A stretch of DNA of 63,656 nucleotides, the filler included, from Octopus bimaculoides (lineage: Eukaryota), in the NCBI RefSeq assembly GCF_001194135.2. It is 6 parts of 6 records of this genome, joined end to end, with 100 filler letters (N's around TTAATTAATTAA, not from the genome) between each part and the next. Parts side by side here need not be neighbours in the genome. Positions count along the whole stretch, not along the records: positions 13,817 to 39,939 come from NC_068981.1; positions 40,040 to 45,349 come from NC_068992.1; positions 45,450 to 48,907 come from NW_026419545.1; positions 49,008 to 61,583 come from NC_068983.1; 2 more parts are not named here. One strand, written 5' to 3'. The notes under the pieces were generated by a model that ran no database searches, had not been told where the DNA came from, and saw only the letters and a program-made list of their open reading frames with translations. Positions 37,926-51,019 of the stretch are shown in pieces; within the stretch, counting starts at the first letter, position 1; each line of letters starts with the position of its first letter. The translations under genes were made by a program, and so were the position numbers.

Positions 37926-38239
37926 AAGACAAAATTATATTGCTGTGACACTGTTTTTGTTTTCTTTTTAAAGAAAAAGCAGGGACAGAAAGAGAGACGA
38001 GGGGTAGATTAGAGGGATGTGATATGCTTACAAACGGGAATGAAAATGGTGGTTTATTTTCACTCAGACTCCATATATTTTCATTATCAATGTATGAAAT
38101 AAAATATCACACGATACATGCTAATATTTAGAATTGAATTAAGACGGATAGCTAGCAGAATCTTTAGCATGCCGTACTAGCAGAATCATTAGCATTAGAT
38201 ACTTAGATAGGTTTAGGCCTCATTGGTCCAGACCATAGC

Positions 38240-38995
38240 TAACTTAATAGCACCACATGGAAAAGACATTTAGTAATGTAATTTTGTATATTTATTTTTA
38301 GGCACCATTGCCCATTCGATTAAAGAGTTGTTGTTTGCAGCAGCATATCCGGGTGTTGGTGGTTTATCTGGAATTTGCTGGAGATATTCATTCAGGAACT
38401 TTTTGAAGGTTATGAAATCTTTTTCCTCCTTTATATGTTTTGGAATGGAGTTAAAAAGAGCAGGTCCAGTTGAGGAGAAGTAATTCTGTCTTAGTGTTGT
38501 GATGTGCTGAGAGCACGACTTCTGTAGAGGACGCATGGCACGGGGACCAAGCCTTGGGTGGATTTTAAAATGATACCGATATCGTTGGGCAATACTGTCG
38601 GAACAATTTCCACATCATACAAATAATAAAGCGCTCTCGGCAGCGCTGGAAAGAATACAGTTTGAGATTCACGAGTCGATCCCAGTAATTAAGACCAAAC
38701 ATGACATCAATCTTTTTGTAATTGATCACTGGGGTGCTTCAAGCTTTTTAATATTCTGGCTCGTGTAGGGAGACCATAGTGGACAACAGTATTCAAGGTG
38801 AGGGCAGGCGAAGGTAGAAAAAAGAAGGATAATGGTTGGAGCATCTCTAGACTGGAAAGTCCTGAGGATCCAGGATGATGCCCTGCGGGCCATGTCGACT
38901 TTCTTGTTTATGGGGACATTCCAACTTAAGTTATCGTTGACAGTCACACCGAGGTCCCTAGCGGTGCTTGATGCTGTGAGGTGTTCGCTTAAAGG
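38240..38995 (-). mobile_element. CR1-like LINE, 5'-truncated 3' fragment (post-RT ORF2 C-terminus)
   Basis: NLSWNVPINKKVDMARRASSWILRTFQSRDAPTIILLFSTFACPHLEYCCPLWSP and LRQNYFSSTGPALFNSIPKHIK...FKKFLNEYLQQIPDKP. Confidence 0.9.
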
Positions 38996-39853
38996 AAAAA
39001 TAAAAATAGTAAATAATAACAGTAAATATAGGTAATGAATATAGACAATAATACCAAATAAGGATAGAAATAAAGAAAATATTCAAAATATTAACTTCCG
39101 TGGTGTATTGAACGGTAGTAGACAATGATACTCGTATATGTTACAATGTTGAAATAAAGTGAAATATTGTGTGTGTTTGTTAATAGGAATATTGTGTACT
39201 TACGACTAATTATCATTATCGTTATAGTACTATATCTTTCATAATACGTACTCACAGTACAAAAACATAGCTTTCACTGGAATTAAAGCTTTGTCGTCTT
39301 TGAGAAGGAAAAATTTTCAGTTTAGTCTTGTCTGTCATAACGTTCTGAGTTCCAATTTCGCCGAGGTCTACTTTGCCTTTCATCTATTCGTGGGTTGAGA
39401 GAACAAGTACTTGGGGTCGATATAATCAAATTACCCCTCTCCTAATCCTAGGGTCAGTGTAATCGACTTACCCCTCTCCTAAAACTTATGGCCTTGTACC
39501 AAAATTTAAAACCAATGTTTTGAATAAGACTGAGGGCTGGGTTAACGTTAAAATTGCCCTGTCACGAGTATTTCCTCGTATTCCACACTTTACCCAATAT
39601 AGAATACCAATCGAATATTGATGTCGCTTTTATCATTCCCAAAATATGTCACCGTGTGTCGAAGTTAGAAATCGGTATTTGATACATTTCTTATAACAAA
39701 ACAACATCAACGTAATTCATAAAGGACATGCCTTTTGCACGTGGAAAACCTTACCATTGTTCTGTCACTATACGTATAGACTCATATTATATTTGCCTAC
39801 GTATCTGTATAATATGTAAATATATGAGTGCTTGTTAGTGGAAGGATATACAT

Positions 39854-39939
<86 letters not shown>

Positions 39940-40736
39940 NNNNNNNNNNNNNNNNNNNNNNNNNNNNNNNNNNNNNNNNNNNNTTAATTAATTAANNNNN
40001 NNNNNNNNNNNNNNNNNNNNNNNNNNNNNNNNNNNNNNNTTAGATTATTTCCTTTCGATCATATCACCACATATATATACCCCCAAATCTATTTCTTCTA
40101 CTCCCTAATTCACAACACCACCAACGCATACAGACTACGTCACTTCTTTCAATCCCTTTCCACCGTCTATAAATAGGTTTGGCTGCATTCTAGAATATGA
40201 TACTACTAACTACCTTTCCCACCCATCTCTCCCTTTATCCCTGTCCTTGGTTTATCACTCATACTCCCACCACCTATATACTACATACATACGCGCATTC
40301 CTTCCTACTCACTAGACCTTTTAACCTCATCCCTCCATTCCTCCTTCTCTCTATATGCTCATCCCCTCTATCCTGTAAGATCAACTGACCATTAAAATAT
40401 ACCGCTACCATCCTCCACCTCTATCTCTCTTCTATCCCCTTTCACATTCTGTCTTCATGACTTGACCTAATTACCGCTCATTTCACTTGACAAGCAAAAA
40501 TCCATCGCAGTATGGCATATATTCACCTCTGCTATCTATGCTGTACCAGGCTTCACTCCATCATCTATTTCCGGATTATCTCCACAAGGATTACTTTACA
40601 CGGATTTCTACACGGATATTTACTACTGGAATGAAACTACACTTCAAGTACTGTTCTCTCTTTTTTCAGCGCATCACACTCTTTACCACTTCATACTAAA
40701 AATATGGATATAATAATAGATTACCTTATTTTTTCT

Positions 40737-40785
40737 GTCTCCGATGAAGGGAAGTACTGGATCTTCCCAGAAACAGCTGTAAGAC
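40737..40785 (+). ncRNA. minimal type I hammerhead-ribozyme-like motif, degenerate (U4>C)
   Basis: GTCT-CCGATGA-A-GGGAAG-tactggat-CTTCCC-A-GAAA-CAGCTG-TA-AGAC. Stem I 4 bp, stem II 6 bp, palindromic stem III, GUA cleavage triplet. Confidence 0.65.
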
Positions 40786-41805
40786 TCTATCCATAAAATA
40801 CTTCTCCAACCTTACCATTGCTCTCTTTATCTTTTTATTTTTATATATTTACATATATATATATATATATATATTGATAGGAAGGACAACAANNNNNNNN
40901 NNNNNNNNNNNNNNNNNNNNNNNNNNNNNNNNNNNNNNNNNNNNNNNNNNNNNNNNNNNNNNNNNNNNNNNNNNNNNNNNNNNNNNNNNNNNNNNNNNNN
41001 NNNNNNNNNNNNNNNNNNNNNNNNNNNNNNNNNNNNNNNNNNNNNNNNNNNNNNNNNNNNNNNNNNNNNNNNNNNNNNNNNNNNNNNNNNNNNNNNNNNN
41101 NNNNNNNNNNNNNNNNNNNNNNNNNNNNNNNNNNNNNNNNNNNNNNNNNNNNNNNNNNNNNNNNNNNNNNNNNNNNNNNNNNNNNNNNNNNNNNNNNNNN
41201 NNNNNNNNNNNNNNNNNNNNNNNNNNNNNNNNNNNNNNNNNNNNNNNNNNNNNNNNNNNNNNNNNNNNNNNNNNNNNNNNNNNNNNNNNNNNNNNNNNNN
41301 NNNNNNNNNNNNNNNNNNNNNNNNNNNNNNNNNNNNNNNNNNNNNNNNNNNNNNNNNNNNNNNNNNNNNNNNNNNNNNNNNNNNNNNNNNNNNNNNNNNN
41401 NNNNNNNNNNNNNNNNNNNNNNNNNNNNNNNNNNNNNNNNNNNNNNNNNNNNNNNNNNNNNNNNNNNNNNNNNNNNNNNNNNNNNNNNNNNNNNNNNNNN
41501 NNNNNNNNNNNNNNNNNNNNNNNNNNNNNNNNNNNNNNNNNNNNNNNNNNNNNNNNNNNNNNNNNNNNNNNNNNNNNNNNNNNNNNNNNNNNNNNNNNNN
41601 NNNNNNNNNNNNNNNNNNNNNNNNNNNNNNNNNNNNNNNNNNNNNNNNNNNNNNNNNNNNNNNNNNNNNNNNNNNNNNNNNNNNNNNNNNNNNNNNNNNN
41701 NNNNNNNNNNNNNNNNNNNNNNNNNNNNNNNNNNNNNNNNNNNNNNNNNNNNNNNNNNNNNNNNNNNNNNNNNNNNNNNNNNNNNNNNNNNNNNNNNNNN
41801 NNNNN

Positions 41806-41872
<67 letters not shown>

Positions 41873-43771
41873 TTGTGTGTCTGTTCCCCCCCTCCCAGCA
41901 TCGCTTGATGAAAAGGCATTGTTTATCCATCTGATGGCGTTAGCAAAAGAGATTTTACGGTGGACAAGACTGAAAGCCTAATTTGACCAAATCCTCATCA
42001 TTTTTTTAAGTCTCACTTGAAAAGGAAAGTGAAGATAAAAGGGAAGTGCTGCCTCCCATCAAATTCGTTAGAAAGTAGATGAGACTGTCAAGGATTGTTC
42101 CAGTGGACCGGCCTGTTTGGAGCATGCTCCAGTAGGCTGAGGAAAGATGATAGTGAAACAACACGTGCTCTAGTTGTAAGGGCATCTGTGATTTAGTGGT
42201 GGAGTTCCACGGACAGTCCTCGGAAATCTCTCTCCTTTGGAGGAATTTGTTGTTTGCGTTTTTGTTTCCTTGTTTTCGTTGTCTTACTGTTTACACACGT
42301 TTTATGTAATGCTGCATTGTATTACATATACCATCGGGTATCGTCTTGTACCATCCTCTAACATTTTGCAAACCCTTAATGGTTGATAAAAAACACATTG
42401 TAGCTAGTAGAAAGGTGGTGAGCTGACTAAATCGGTAGCTCATTGGACAAAATATTTAGCGGAATTTCTTCCACATCTTTACGTGAAGAGATTAAATTCC
42501 GTTGAGGTCGAGCTCGCATTTCATCCATTCGAAGTCGATAAAATAAGTACGAGTTGAGCAATGAGGTCGATGGAGTACACTAAATACCCTCTTCCTAAAA
42601 TTACTAGCTTTGTGCCAAACTTTTAAACTATTATTATGATTATCTTCATTATTATTGTTGTTGTTGTTGTTGTTTCGTCTTTCTTCTGTTGTCTTTGTTA
42701 TTTTTGCAGAAATCATTTCACGTGAATCAAGCCATTCGCAATCAGAAACAATTTATTTTTATGGAAACCATCTACAAAGTTATTAATCGCTGTTGGTTTT
42801 GGTGGTAATTTTTAGAGTGTACTATTCATAAGAATGCGTCAATTGCTCATTAAAAGTTATCTACGTACCGAAGCACCACGAAAACAGAATTCCTATCACA
42901 AAGACCTTATCAGAATACTAAAACCAAAAACAACCCCAAACATAATAAACGTGTCTGCCGTATTGTCTCTGGTTCTCTTAATCTTCGATACATGTCCGCC
43001 TCTACAGTACACTGTCCTCCTTTGTTGTCTCTCTTATCTGACTATATAGTTTCCTTATCTTCTGTCTAGTTCTCTTCATACTTAATCGATCTTTTTTCTA
43101 CTCTCTCTCCATCTATCCTTCTCTATTTCTGTCTCTTTATCTTTACCTACGTACATTTATGCTATACATAAATATATACATATTTTTAGACCATACCGTT
43201 ATGCCAATAATAATTGGTGCACTTAATTTTGTTACTAAATACTTAAGTATCAGTCTGAAAAAAACTAGGGTTTTTCAGAGAAAAAAAACACCAACCAGCA
43301 TGCACATTAAAAATACAATCTGTAAGTGGAAGAATAAAAAAATGTGTGGAAGCTTATGTATATGTGTTTGAGTGTGAGCGTGTGTGCGTTTGTGTGTGTG
43401 TGTCTTTGTGTTTGTCTCACTACCGCTTGACACCGGTGCTGGTTTGTTTACGCCTCCGTAACTTAGCAGTTACGCAAAAGAAACCTATAGAATAAGTACC
43501 CGTCTTAAAAGAAAAACGTCGATTTACTGGGGTCGAGTTACTCGACTAAAACCCTTCAAGGATGTGCCCCAGCATGGCCGAAGTTTAGTGACCATAACAA
43601 ATAATCGATAAGAAAAACTGGGGAAGGAATGTGATTGACTATTGCACTTCCAGTTTTTCACTGGTCCTTTCTTTTTTTATCCCCGAAATTATGGAAGTTA
43701 AAAATGGCATCGGTGATATTTGAATATTTTAAGTAAAGAGACTTAATAAAAATGTCACAAAGCATTTCCTC

Positions 43772-44111
43772 CATTGCCTAAATACCCGCTAAATTAGCGG
43801 TGTGACATTATTGGATAGACCAATTTACATATTAAACACATTCCTTGCAGATGCTACGTAAATATTAACTACTAACAAGGACATAGCATTTCGTTTTGCA
43901 GTCATAGTATGAGAATATCGCACTGCTAACGCAAGAAGGTAAGAAACATATTGACTTGTAAACTTTTAATAGACTTAGTTTTGTATTATTGTTGCAAAAT
44001 GATTTCCTAGTAATTAATATTTACGTACCAGCTGCCAAGAATATGTTCAATATGTAAATTGATCTATTCAATATCGTCACACCGCTAAACTTTGCGGGTA
44101 TTTAAGCAATG
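43772..44111. repeat. ~105-bp imperfect inverted repeat with ~130-bp spacer
   Basis: CATTGCCTAAATACCCGC...TACGTAAATATTAACTACTA (43772-43875) versus its reverse complement at 44008-44111. Confidence 0.85.
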
Positions 44112-44138
44112 TATTTGTGGAGTGTTGATGGGCTGGAT

Positions 44139-44191
44139 GAGATGCTGATGAAAGAGCAATGACTCTTGAAATATGCATATACGCACATTTC
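44139..44191 (+). ncRNA. minimal type I hammerhead-ribozyme-like motif
   Basis: CTGATGA (44145-44151), stem II AAGAG/CTCTT with loop CAATGA, GAAA (44168-44171), palindromic ATATGCATAT, AUA triplet. Stem I is imperfect. Confidence 0.7.
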
Positions 44192-44374
44192 CTACTTCTT
44201 TTTCAATCTACGATCGCATTGTTTACATAGATGTACACGTAAACGAGAATATCTTATTGTTAACACGAAAAGGAAAGAGTGCTATTGACTTGTTGGTTTT
44301 TAATATACTTTGTAAGATATTATGGTTGCAAAACCAAGTACTATCTCGTTGATAGTCAGTAATGTGAGTATATA

Positions 44375-44500
44375 CTCTTTTACTCTTTTACTTGTTTCAG
44401 TCATTTGACTGCAGCCATGCTGGAGCACCGCCTTTAGTCGAGAAAATCGACCCCAGGACTTATTCTTTGGAAGCCTAGTACTTATTCTTCCGGTCTCTTT
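44375..44500 (-). mobile_element. SINE family A 3' end
   Basis: TACTCTTTTACTCTTTTACTTGTTTCAGTCATTTGACTGCAGCCATGCTGGAGCACCGCC. Confidence 0.85.
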
Positions 44501-44589
44501 TTGCAATTGTCTGCTAATAAAGACAGAGACTTGCACTAATGCATCAATAAATTAACATTGATATTAATTTCGCCGTTGTTACAATCATC

Positions 44590-44692
44590 TGAAATGGAAC
44601 TATCAAAGCGCGATATTCGAGCAATTTTGCTATTCAACTGCAAGAAAGGTCGTAAAGCAGCTGAAACTGCTCGCGATATCAACAAAACATTT
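44590..44692 (+). mobile_element. mariner transposase 5' fragment (Hsmar1/cecropia-like)
   Basis: MELSKRDIRAILLFNCKKGRKAAETARDINKTF versus Hsmar1 MLDKKQIRAIFLFEFKMGRKAAETTRNINNAF. The rest is lost at the gap. Confidence 0.8.
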
Positions 44693-46179
44693 CGTTCGAA
44701 CCCTGTGATTTTNNNNNNNNNNNNNNNNNNNNNNNNNNNNNNNNNNNNNNNNNNNNNNNNNNNNNNNNNNNNNNNNNNNNNNNNNNNNNNNNNNNNNNNN
44801 NNNNNNNNNNNNNNNNNNNNNNNNNNNNNNNNNNNNNNNNNNNNNNNNNNNNNNNNNNNNNNNNNNNNNNNNNNNNNNNNNNNNNNNNNNNNNNNNNNNN
44901 NNNNNNNNNNNNNNNNNNNNNNNNNNNNNNNNNNNNNNNNNNNNNNNNNNNNNNNNNNNNNNNNNNNNNNNNNNNNNNNNNNNNNNNNNNNNNNNNNNNN
45001 NNNNNNNNNNNNNNNNNNNNNNNNNNNNNNNNNNNNNNNNNNNNNNNNNNNNNNNNNNNNNNNNNNNNNNNNNNNNNNNNNNNNNNNNNNNNNNNNNNNN
45101 NNNNNNNNNNNNNNNNNNNNNNNNNNNNNNNNNNNNNNNNNNNNNTATATATATATATATATGGTATAATTCCTTGACACAACTCCACAAGTTTTCAACA
45201 GATCTCTGTAAAAATTTGGATAGATATCCGAAAATTCATTCCCCAAAAAATGCATGAGGCAGAAACGGGGTCAAAAATCTCGTTTGAAACATCTGAATAT
45301 TTCACGACACCTATGTTCAACAGGACATGGTAATACACACACACACATANNNNNNNNNNNNNNNNNNNNNNNNNNNNNNNNNNNNNNNNNNNNTTAATTA
45401 ATTAANNNNNNNNNNNNNNNNNNNNNNNNNNNNNNNNNNNNNNNNNNNNTCTGTCTGTCGGCCTGTCTGCCTGTCTGTCTGTCTGACTATGTATATATGT
45501 ATATTTATCTGTCTGTCGGTCTGTCTGTTTGTCTGACTGTCTTTTCTCCTAAAGTACAGCTCTAGGGGCATATTACTGGTGAGTGAACTGGCCCAGAAAA
45601 ATCCTGAAACCAAGTAAGTGTATCTCAACACCAGGCACAGAAACACCCGAACTGCTTTTTAATTTCATGTATAATTTTTTCAACCCCAACTTGTGCTTGA
45701 ACTAGCTAGCAAAACAAAAATGTTGGTGTTGATATAAATAAATAGTTCAATTGTTGACATTTCAGTTGAGAAAATACTTTTTACTGTCCATGACATACTC
45801 CTCAATAATCTTAGTTTCTAACATGCCAAGATCAAACCAATTACTCTTATCCCAATGCATGAATTTGATAATACAGCGTGAATCTTTATAAAGAAAACTG
45901 GGGAGCAATTAGACAAGGTTTATCGTTTATCGTTTATCGTTTGGTCTTTCACTTATAATTTCTAATAGCATTGAAAGTTAGAAGTCACCAAAATACACCC
46001 GAAACTGAAGCCAAACCAGTCACTCTTACTCCAACGCAAGCATTTGATAGCACAACAGAAATCTTGACAAAAAGGAGCAGTCAAACAAATATCTGTCGCT
46101 TATTGACTGGTCTTTCACTCATATGTTTTTGACATAGAAGCAAGTTGGCCAGAAGTTTGAGGAAACATTGTTACTAATA

Positions 46180-47980
46180 CACACTCAAAAGATATGCCTA
46201 CACAAAACTCATAAGCAAAAATGCAACTCATGCACATGTAGGCCCTCAAGAGAGAGAAAACAGAACAGTTGGCAAGAAAATTAAAAGACTTGATAAAAAA
46301 TATCAGTCAATTAAAATACTATCAACAGTAACTACAATCACAGCAATAAGGACATTTGAGTAGGTAAATTATCATCTGCAGAACAGCATGAAAACATACA
46401 TCAACAACCAAGGGGCTGTAGAGAAAACTGAGTTCTTAAAAAAAATAAAACACAGCCCAAAAGTGTTCTATTCATTTGTCAACAAGCATGGGACCAATGT
46501 TTACCCATTGATCCACTGACAGCATTCTCTACCATGCTTCTAAAGAATCGTCAGAGGTCTTACAGAAACGATATTGTTCTGACCTTTGTGATCTCACTGA
46601 GGTTGACTTATGCCATTTCAATAATATCAACTCGCAGCATATCATCTCTGACATAACTTTCATTGCCTCAGACATCCTTGTAGCAATAACGAAAGCGAAC
46701 ATTATTTAGATAGATTCTCTACAGGTATCCTGGAGGAAGGCAGACACCAACTTGTATTTCCTCTAATCAACCTCTGGAGAAAATCTTTATACCAAAATAC
46801 TTCTTAACTATCTTCCAATTTCACTCATTTCTCGTATCATCAACGTATTTGAAAGAGTGAAGGTACAAGAGTATTTGGCTTCCTGGAGTGTAACTGTCTC
46901 TTTAATTCCAACCAGCATGCTTCTCGTTGTGGCGGAAACTGCCTGACGCAGCTCCTGCATCACATTGATGATATGCTTAATGTTCTGGGAAAGGACTCAA
47001 TACTGATGTTATATATATCTTGACTTCAGCAAAATCTTTGACAGAGTCGACTAGAAGAGCCTACTGTTAAAATTGTCCAAAAGTCGAATCCGTGGAAAAC
47101 TGCTCATTGAACTAGATATTTGCTGGTTAGGATTAAGGTTATCATTAGCCTTAACTTTAATAGAAAATAACACGTGACCGAAGGAATCCATTCAAACCCA
47201 GAAGAACTCAATTGTGGTGTTCCCCATGGGATTGTTTTGAACCCACTCCTTTTCATGGTGTATATAAACGACATCTCAAATATCACCAAACACAGCAAAG
47301 CAAAAACGTTCGCAGATGACTCCAAACTTCAAAGACTTAACAGTGGAAAAGAAAATCGAACAAAACGCCAGTCTGATCTGCATGTTGTAAGTCAATTAGC
47401 AGACAGAAACAACATGCTGTTAAATGAGGGAAAATTTGAACTCCTGCATTTGCAAAATGAGATTGCCCTCAAACAACCATAAGTCTTCCTTCGGGAAAAC
47501 TACTCATGGCATCCAGTAATATCAGCGACCTTGGAGTAATTGTTGGCAACAATCTCAGCTGGAACACTCACACCAACAATGAAGTTGATATGGGTCACAG
47601 GATGAGCTTCTGAATTCTCAGAACTTTCCGGACCAGAGAGCCAGATGTCAAAATCACCCCCTTTTCTCCTCATTTGTACGGTCACACCTAGAATTATTTT
47701 GCCCCTTGTGATTCCCACCCCATACATAACAAAACATTATGAGAACTGGGTCATCCCAAAAAATAATTACAAAGAATATATAAGCGAATCGCATGACAGA
47801 TATTAAGGCCCGCCTTAAAATATTACAACTCTATTCTCTTCAGCTTCACTGGGATTCCTTCATTATTTATACACCATGGAGAATATACCACCAGCATTAT
47901 CTAAACGACATTACTATCAACTTCACAAGTCATCCAAAGTTATGAAACTCCGTATCATATGCCCCTTCACAATTCAGGCT
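46180..47980 (+). mobile_element. CR1-like LINE ORF2 (reverse transcriptase) relic, heavily frameshifted
   Basis: KIKHSPKVFYSFVNK; CLTQLLHHIDDMLNVLGKD...DFSKIFDRVD; CGVPHGIVLNPLLFMVYINDI...FADDSKL...NNMLLNEGKFELLH. Confidence 0.92.
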
Positions 47981-48873
47981 CACACCACATATCTACGTTG
48001 CAACACAACTATTTTCCTATTTTCCTATTTTCCTATTTTCCTCAATAAGTCCCGCTCTAATTAATATTAACCTAACACAACCCTGACACTGAACCCCAAC
48101 GCTAAACCAAAATGTATTACTAACACTAAAACTAACTCTAAACTTGCCTCTCTGAGTGGACCATCTATTGCACCATAGAGGCAATATTCTTGGTGCAGTG
48201 GCGTTGGATTGACTCGAGTTCTGCTGCTAGTTTGACGTTTCATGGTAACCCTATTTGGAAGAAGAAGTCCATGTAACTAAGAAGGAACAGTTTTCTTATA
48301 CCAACCAGCCAGTCGCCTGCGAAACAAACACCTCCCTACTTGGTATGCACACACACACGCGCGCGCACACAATCACACCACTGAGCTCTAGAGATACTCA
48401 ATATAAAAATACGTAGTAATGTTCAAATAATTTCAACATAAATTCCGAGTCTTTATTGAGGACTAAGTCAGCGGAGTAAAGAGTAGCTGCAAGAAAAATC
48501 CGGGAGAGCCGATTTGGAGATAGTGAGGGGAATAGACACGATATATATAAATATACATACATATATGCACAAAGATTAAATATACAAAGATAAACACATA
48601 TGTACAGGCATACAGATATCTATATACATTTTGACAAATAAATTTACTTTTACTTGGAATATAAAAAAATACACAAAACTAAGGGGAAAAACAGTTTCAA
48701 ATTCGACAGCTTTTCGAAAGCTCGGAGATACGTAATAGCCGTAATGTTCATAATTATCACATGGAATGTACAAACAGTCATGTATAGGCAATAGCTAGAT
48801 GGTCTCAGGTATTACCGTAAGACCGGCTTCCTTCATCAGGAAGGAAAATTGGCTAATAGTTATTTCAGGCTGT

Positions 48874-48907
<34 letters not shown>

Positions 48908-49039
48908 NNNNNNNNNNNNNNNNNNNNNNNNNNNNNNNNNNNNNNNNNNNNTTAATTAATTAANNNNNNNNNNNNNNNNNNNNNNNNNNNNNNNNNNNNN
49001 NNNNNNNAAAGAAATAACACACACACACACATATATATA

Positions 49040-50106
49040 TTAGTTTGTTTGGAAAGTACTGAGCGTTTTTAATATGTAAGATGGGATACATGTAATTGAC
49101 CTTTCAATAAATTCTATTCAATGAAATAATTTCCAGTATTATTAATGACATTTGCCCATCTATCAGGCAATTTAAATATTCCATCAGCACTTAATTTGAC
49201 TGGTTTTAAAGAAAAAAGTTATCTAGATGCATTTTGACTCCATTTAAATCGTTAAATGCTTTTCTTTTCAATGAGTTCTGTAGAGTCAAAAACAAAGGTA
49301 GTCGGATGGCGCAATATCAGGAGAATATGGTGGATGGGGTAAGAGATCCCAGCCAAGTTCATGCAGCTTTGTTCGGGTAGCCAAAGACACATTTGGTCGA
49401 GCATTGTTTTGTTGGAACATTACCCTTTTCATGCTGGCAATCTCCGGGCTCAATTCGTTGATTTTTAGGTTCAAATTAGCCAGCTGACGACAGTACATAT
49501 CAGAATTAATGGTCTGGCTTTGTGGGAGAAGCTCAAAATAAATAATGCCTTTAAGATCCCACCAAACACAAAGCATAGCGTTTTTCCCATGGATATTCGT
49601 CTTTGGCAGCTGTTTTGGGGGATCCTTACACAAACTCCAGGACCTTATTCGCATTACGTTTTCGCATACAATCCATTTTTAAAAAATCTCTAGTCAGAAG
49701 TTGTTTCAAAAAACGGCATGCTTTCATTCCATTTCAAAAGAATATGACAGACGGAATACCGGTCCAAGCAATTCTTTTCTGAGAGTTTGTGAGAGACCCA
49801 TACATTATAGTGAGAAATTTATCCTAGCTTCATTAGGTGTTCATGAATTGTACTTTTAGAAACCTCCAACTCCTCCGCATGTTCTCTTGTGATATTTGAG
49901 TTTTCTTCGATTGTTTGCCTTTAAAACATCTTCATCCAATTTTGAAGGACTTCCATTGCAACTCTCGTCTTCCAACTAAACTCTCCTGCTTCAAATTTTC
50001 CAAGCCACTTTTGAACAGTTGATTCACTTACAGCATCATCACTATAAACTTCACAAATATTTTTGCAGCATTTTATTTTTTTAAAAAAGAAAAGCATTAC
50101 AACGCG
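49040..50106 (-). mobile_element. mariner (D,D34D) transposon, near full length, decayed; 5' end in gap
   Basis: KNICEVYSDDAVSESTVQKW...; MLCVWWDLKGIIYFELLP...QQNNARP...LPHPPYSPDIAPSDY. TIR TA|TTAGTTTGTTTGGAAAGTACTGAGCG. Confidence 0.95.
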
Positions 50107-50476
50107 NNNNNNNNNNNNNNNNNNNNNNNNNNNNNNNNNNNNNNNNNNNNNNNNNNNNNNNNNNNNNNNNNNNNNNNNNNNNNNNNNNNNNNNNNNNNNN
50201 NNNNNNNNNNNNNNNNNNNNNNNNNNNNNNNNNNNNNNNNNNNNNNNNNNNNNNNNNNNNNNNNNNNNNNNNNNNNNNNNNNNNNNNNNNNNNNNNNNNN
50301 NNNNNNNNNNNNNNNNNNNNNNNNNNNNNNNNNNNNNNNNNNNNNNNNNNNNNNNNNNNNNNNNNNNNNNNNNNNNNNNNNNNNNNNNNNNNNNNNNNNN
50401 NNNNNNNNNNNNNNNNNNNNNNNNNNNNNNNNNNNNNNNNNNNNNNNNNNNNNNNNNNNNNNNNNNNNNNNNNNNN

Positions 50477-50519
<43 letters not shown>

Positions 50520-50589
50520 CACACATACATGCATATATAAATGTATGTATGTATGTATGCATGTATGTATGTATGTATGTACGTACATA

Positions 50590-50985
50590 TGTAATGTGTC
50601 ATGTATGCACTGTGATATAAAGGAAGAAAGAGACGGAAGCGAAGAGAGAATTACGGTAGTGTTACCTGTTGGTCCGGAAAAAGGGTCACTTTCAACATCT
50701 ACGTGCTGTCTCGATCTCCAGGGTTCATTCCACGTCCACATGCACTAATCGTCGCTGTATCGTCTCACACGTCCGCTATGATGTGCCGCTCGCCGCCGAC
50801 TCGACTGACCCCTCGTGCTTCACTGATGCCACCTGTCCCCCGCGGCACTTTCGGTGGGATCCACAGGCCCCACTTCCGACAGGACATGCCTACTCCCTCA
50901 CTTACGATCCTTCCCTACAACACAGCCTGGCTCATAACACCACACGTTCCCTTGATCTTCAGATCAGTCAACCAACCTTACTACG
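50590..50985 (-). mobile_element. 3' LTR of a Ty3/Gypsy element
   Basis: On the minus strand it follows the polypurine tract GAGAAGAGGG (50995-50986), starts CGTAGT (probably TGTA mutated) and ends ATTACA. Confidence 0.7.
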
Positions 50986-51019
50986 CCCTCTTCTCAACCC
51001 TGACCATACGCCTTAACTT

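Noticed and set aside
48060-48145. AACCCT-like degenerate repeats suggesting interstitial telomere sequence
   Set aside because: Too irregular; there is no run of TTAGGG units.
48822-48842. Minus-strand CCTGATGAAGGAAGCCGGTC as a hammerhead
   Set aside because: Stem II is missing, GAAA is altered to GAAG, and there is no stem I partner. At most a very decayed relic.
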